NCBI GenBank assembly: GCA_040217195.1
Contig: JAVJNR010000009.1
Location: forward strand, 96,001 to 160,000
Direction of reading: 5' to 3'
Length of the DNA: 64,000 nt
Source of the DNA: Leptospiraceae bacterium
GTDB lineage: Bacteria > Spirochaetota > Leptospiria > Leptospirales > Leptonemataceae
Both the position numbers and the translations under genes were made by a program. Shown here one piece after another: positions 61,837-64,000 of the stretch (its first letter is position 1; every line of letters starts with the position of its first letter). A model generated the notes under the pieces. It ran no database searches. It was not told the origin of the DNA and saw only the letters and a list, made by a program, of their open reading frames with translations.

Positions 61837-63150
61837 CTAACTTTGCAAAAGCGCTTTCAGGTCATTGAGCCAGAGAAGCAAAGTTAATAAAACAACCCAT
61901 AGAAACGACAATCGAAACATCCAGTTCTTTCGCAGAAATGCCAGAAATACCATGGCAGGCGCAAATAGGCGTACTATATTTGCAAAGGTTAGCCAGTACT
62001 CCTGGGCGCTGGCCATAGAGATAAGTGCAAGATTCAACCAGAGGCCAGGAAGCACAAATCTATGTTCCATCCAGGAGCCCTTACCCTTCCAGCAGCGAAT
62101 AAATAGCAACAGGGCAAGAATGGTCAGCCAGAGGATTCCAGGCAATAGAAGGCCGCGACCGCTAATTAGTGCAGGCCGGGTCTGAATAAAATCCAGGACT
62201 CCCGAAAACGGGATGTTCATTTTGCCGCCAGCCCCATCGCCGGAGAAAAAGCCAGCCCATAGATACCAGGCAAAGGCAATGGCTCCAGAAAGCAGCAGTG
62301 CTACGATTACTGGCCAGCGAAGCACCACACTAAAATCTCTTTCAAGAATCGAACCTATTTTCGCAGCCCCACTTTTTCCAGATCCAATAGCCCGGAAAAT
62401 TTTAGTAAAAGCAGCCACCGATAATCCAGCACCAAAAGCCAGACCCACAATAAACATTGTTTCTTTACTTAGAAATCCCAGGATCAAAAGGAAAGCGCTG
62501 GCTCCATAAACTAACAGTGGGCTTTTTCGCATCATCCCTGACTGGCCAGAAATCCTGCCGGAACCTTTCTGAAGCAACAGAAGAATCGCAACCAGAGATG
62601 CAGAAAGGGCCAGAGGCTCGGCCAGATTCAACCCAAAGGAAAGCAGGCTTACAGGATTCAAAGCGAACAGCCATCCTGCTCGCGGACGAGCCGAAAAGAG
62701 CATAGAGGATGCACATAGATGAACAAGGAGCAAAAGAAGAGGCATCCCCAGCATCAGCGCGCGGGAGCCCAGACCAAAGAGCCAGCCAGTAACCAGCGGA
62801 AATCCAATACGAGGAAGTCGAAAGCCCATGCTATCCACTACCAGAACGTCTGAATTCGTTTTTGAGTCTTTCAGTTCAGAAAGAGAAACAAGTGTATAGT
62901 CGCTGTAGATCGCAGCAGCTACGTAGTAGTAGAATTGGCCATCGTATCCTCCTGTGGAAAAGACAGGAGCCCCTTCCGGGATCACAGAAGAGTTCAAACC
63001 AGAAAAGCAAACATCATCTACAATACAACCAAACCCAATTAAGGATCCGGGCCCACCAAAGCGGGCGGAACGCAAAGCTGCATAAGATAGGAAAATCGAT
63101 GCTACAATGAGAAGGAATAGATATTTATTTCGAAACACCCAGTGATTCAT
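61837..63150 (-). CDS. Polytopic membrane protein, possibly GT-C-like cell-surface glycopolymer protein
   Basis: GYDGQFYY, RIGFP, LAEPLA, SKET and many TMs. Start taken at ATG 63150. Confidence 0.6.
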   Translation of the reverse strand: MNHWVFRNKYLFLLIVASIFLSYAALRSARFGGPGSLIGFGCIVDDVCFSGLNSSVIPEGAPVFSTGGYDGQFYYYVAAAIYSDYTLVSLSELKDSKTNSDVLVVDSMGFRLPRIGFPLVTGWLFGLGSRALMLGMPLLLLLVHLCASSMLFSARPRAGWLFALNPVSLLSFGLNLAEPLALSASLVAILLLLQKGSGRISGQSGMMRKSPLLVYGASAFLLILGFLSKETMFIVGLAFGAGLSVAAFTKIFRAIGSGKSGAAKIGSILERDFSVVLRWPVIVALLLSGAIAFAWYLWAGFFSGDGAGGKMNIPFSGVLDFIQTRPALISGRGLLLPGILWLTILALLLFIRCWKGKGSWMEHRFVLPGLWLNLALISMASAQEYWLTFANIVRLFAPAMVFLAFLRKNWMFRLSFLWVVLLTLLLWLNDLKALLQS

Positions 63151-63580
63151 ACGGAGTCGTTCTTCCATGCTGATCCACGCGAAAATGGGTACCGCAGGCC
63201 GGGCAACCGTAAAGTCCGGCTCCCTGAATCTGGAGTTTTCTTGCGCAATCCGGGCAACGAGCCGTGGGCCCTGCATCTGCCTGGGAGCTTTCCACAACCT
63301 GCTCATCAGAACTGCAAAGAGCTATTCCATCATGGAAATTCCATCCGCAATATTGAAGGGCCACTCTACAATCTGAATTCAAATCCAGGATGGCCAGCTG
63401 GCTGCCTGCTTTTTCCACTCTATCTTTCAGCAAACAGGCAGAAGCAAAGTCCACGGAAAAAAGAGAAGATCCATCCGCTCTGTAGCGAATGTGCGGCCTG
63501 GATCCAATTTCTTCCATTACGGATTCTACCATGGGCCGATCCAGTGTGCCTTTCAGTATAAAATGTACGGTCTGGTTCAT
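63125..63580 (-). CDS. STAS-like domain with C-terminal zinc ribbon
   Basis: LKGTLD...D.S.L.SVD pattern, CPDC...CPAC. Confidence 0.6.
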   Translation of the reverse strand: MNQTVHFILKGTLDRPMVESVMEEIGSRPHIRYRADGSSLFSVDFASACLLKDRVEKAGSQLAILDLNSDCRVALQYCGWNFHDGIALCSSDEQVVESSQADAGPTARCPDCARKLQIQGAGLYGCPACGTHFRVDQHGRTTPYESLGVSK

Positions 63581-63623
63581 AACTTGTTTGCTATCTGCGA
63601 GTCTAAATGGTTTTGAGTCCTAC

Positions 63624-64000
63624 ATGGAGCCTGTATCTCGTCTGAGATTGATTCTGGGCTGGAGTCTGGAAGTATTGCTGCTTCTTCTGCAGCTTATCTT
63701 CGTCTTTTTGCCCTTTCCACTGCCTTCTTACAGAAGAGGAAGGCGTGGTACTGTTATCATCGTCACAGATATACTGACCTCGCCACTGTTTTATTTTCTC
63801 CTGGCCAGCAGGCTAAAAAAAAATGGTTACAGTGTTTTCGTTCATTCCTGCTACAATCCGCTAAAAGGATTTCGCGTCCATGCACGAACGCTATCGGCCA
63901 ACCTGGAGAAATGGAATGTCCATCGAGCAACTCTGCTCTGCCACGGCTCCGGAGGGCTTACCTCTCTTGGATTACCTGATCCCGGGCGCCAGAGGATCCA
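63624..64000 (+). CDS. Alpha/beta-hydrolase-like protein, 3'-truncated by the window edge
   Basis: Manual translation gives MEPVSRLRLILGW...LASRLKKNGY...TLLCHGSGGL. Frame is open to the end. Confidence 0.55.
   Translation, partial: MEPVSRLRLILGWSLEVLLLLLQLIFVFLPFPLPSYRRGRRGTVIIVTDILTSPLFYFLLASRLKKNGYSVFVHSCYNPLKGFRVHARTLSANLEKWNVHRATLLCHGSGGLTSLGLPDPGRQRI

Overview
Bacterial chromosomal window, probably from a Leptospiraceae-like spirochaete. This is an inference from a DUF1554/Len-like protein, spirochaete-type lipoproteins and expanded 7TM-DISM/GAF adenylate cyclases. Bases 1-30.5 kb form a signalling island. It holds four paralogous class III adenylate cyclases built from shuffled tandem GAF modules (>=2 visible, 11, 8 and 5 GAFs), all ending in the same short C-terminal motif. 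It also holds two 7TM-DISM HisKA_3 sensors with eroded ATP-binding boxes, each paired with a NarL/LuxR regulator, plus a LuxR remnant and a split PNPOx-like/GAF operon. Six copies of a 16-bp palindrome (YCCCCTGWWCAGGKGR followed by TTT) sit in the island's intergenic regions. Bases 30.5-64 kb hold mostly housekeeping or accessory genes (ackA, phosphotransacylase, maf, folE, rph, alr, transporters, hydrolases). Two intergenic arrays (55.76-56.29 kb and 60.70-61.03 kb) consist of a ~112-bp multi-hairpin unit with covarying stems and CAGGA(C/T)G loops. No rRNA, tRNA, CRISPR array or transposase was recognised. Domain calls come from motif recognition by eye, not from database searches.
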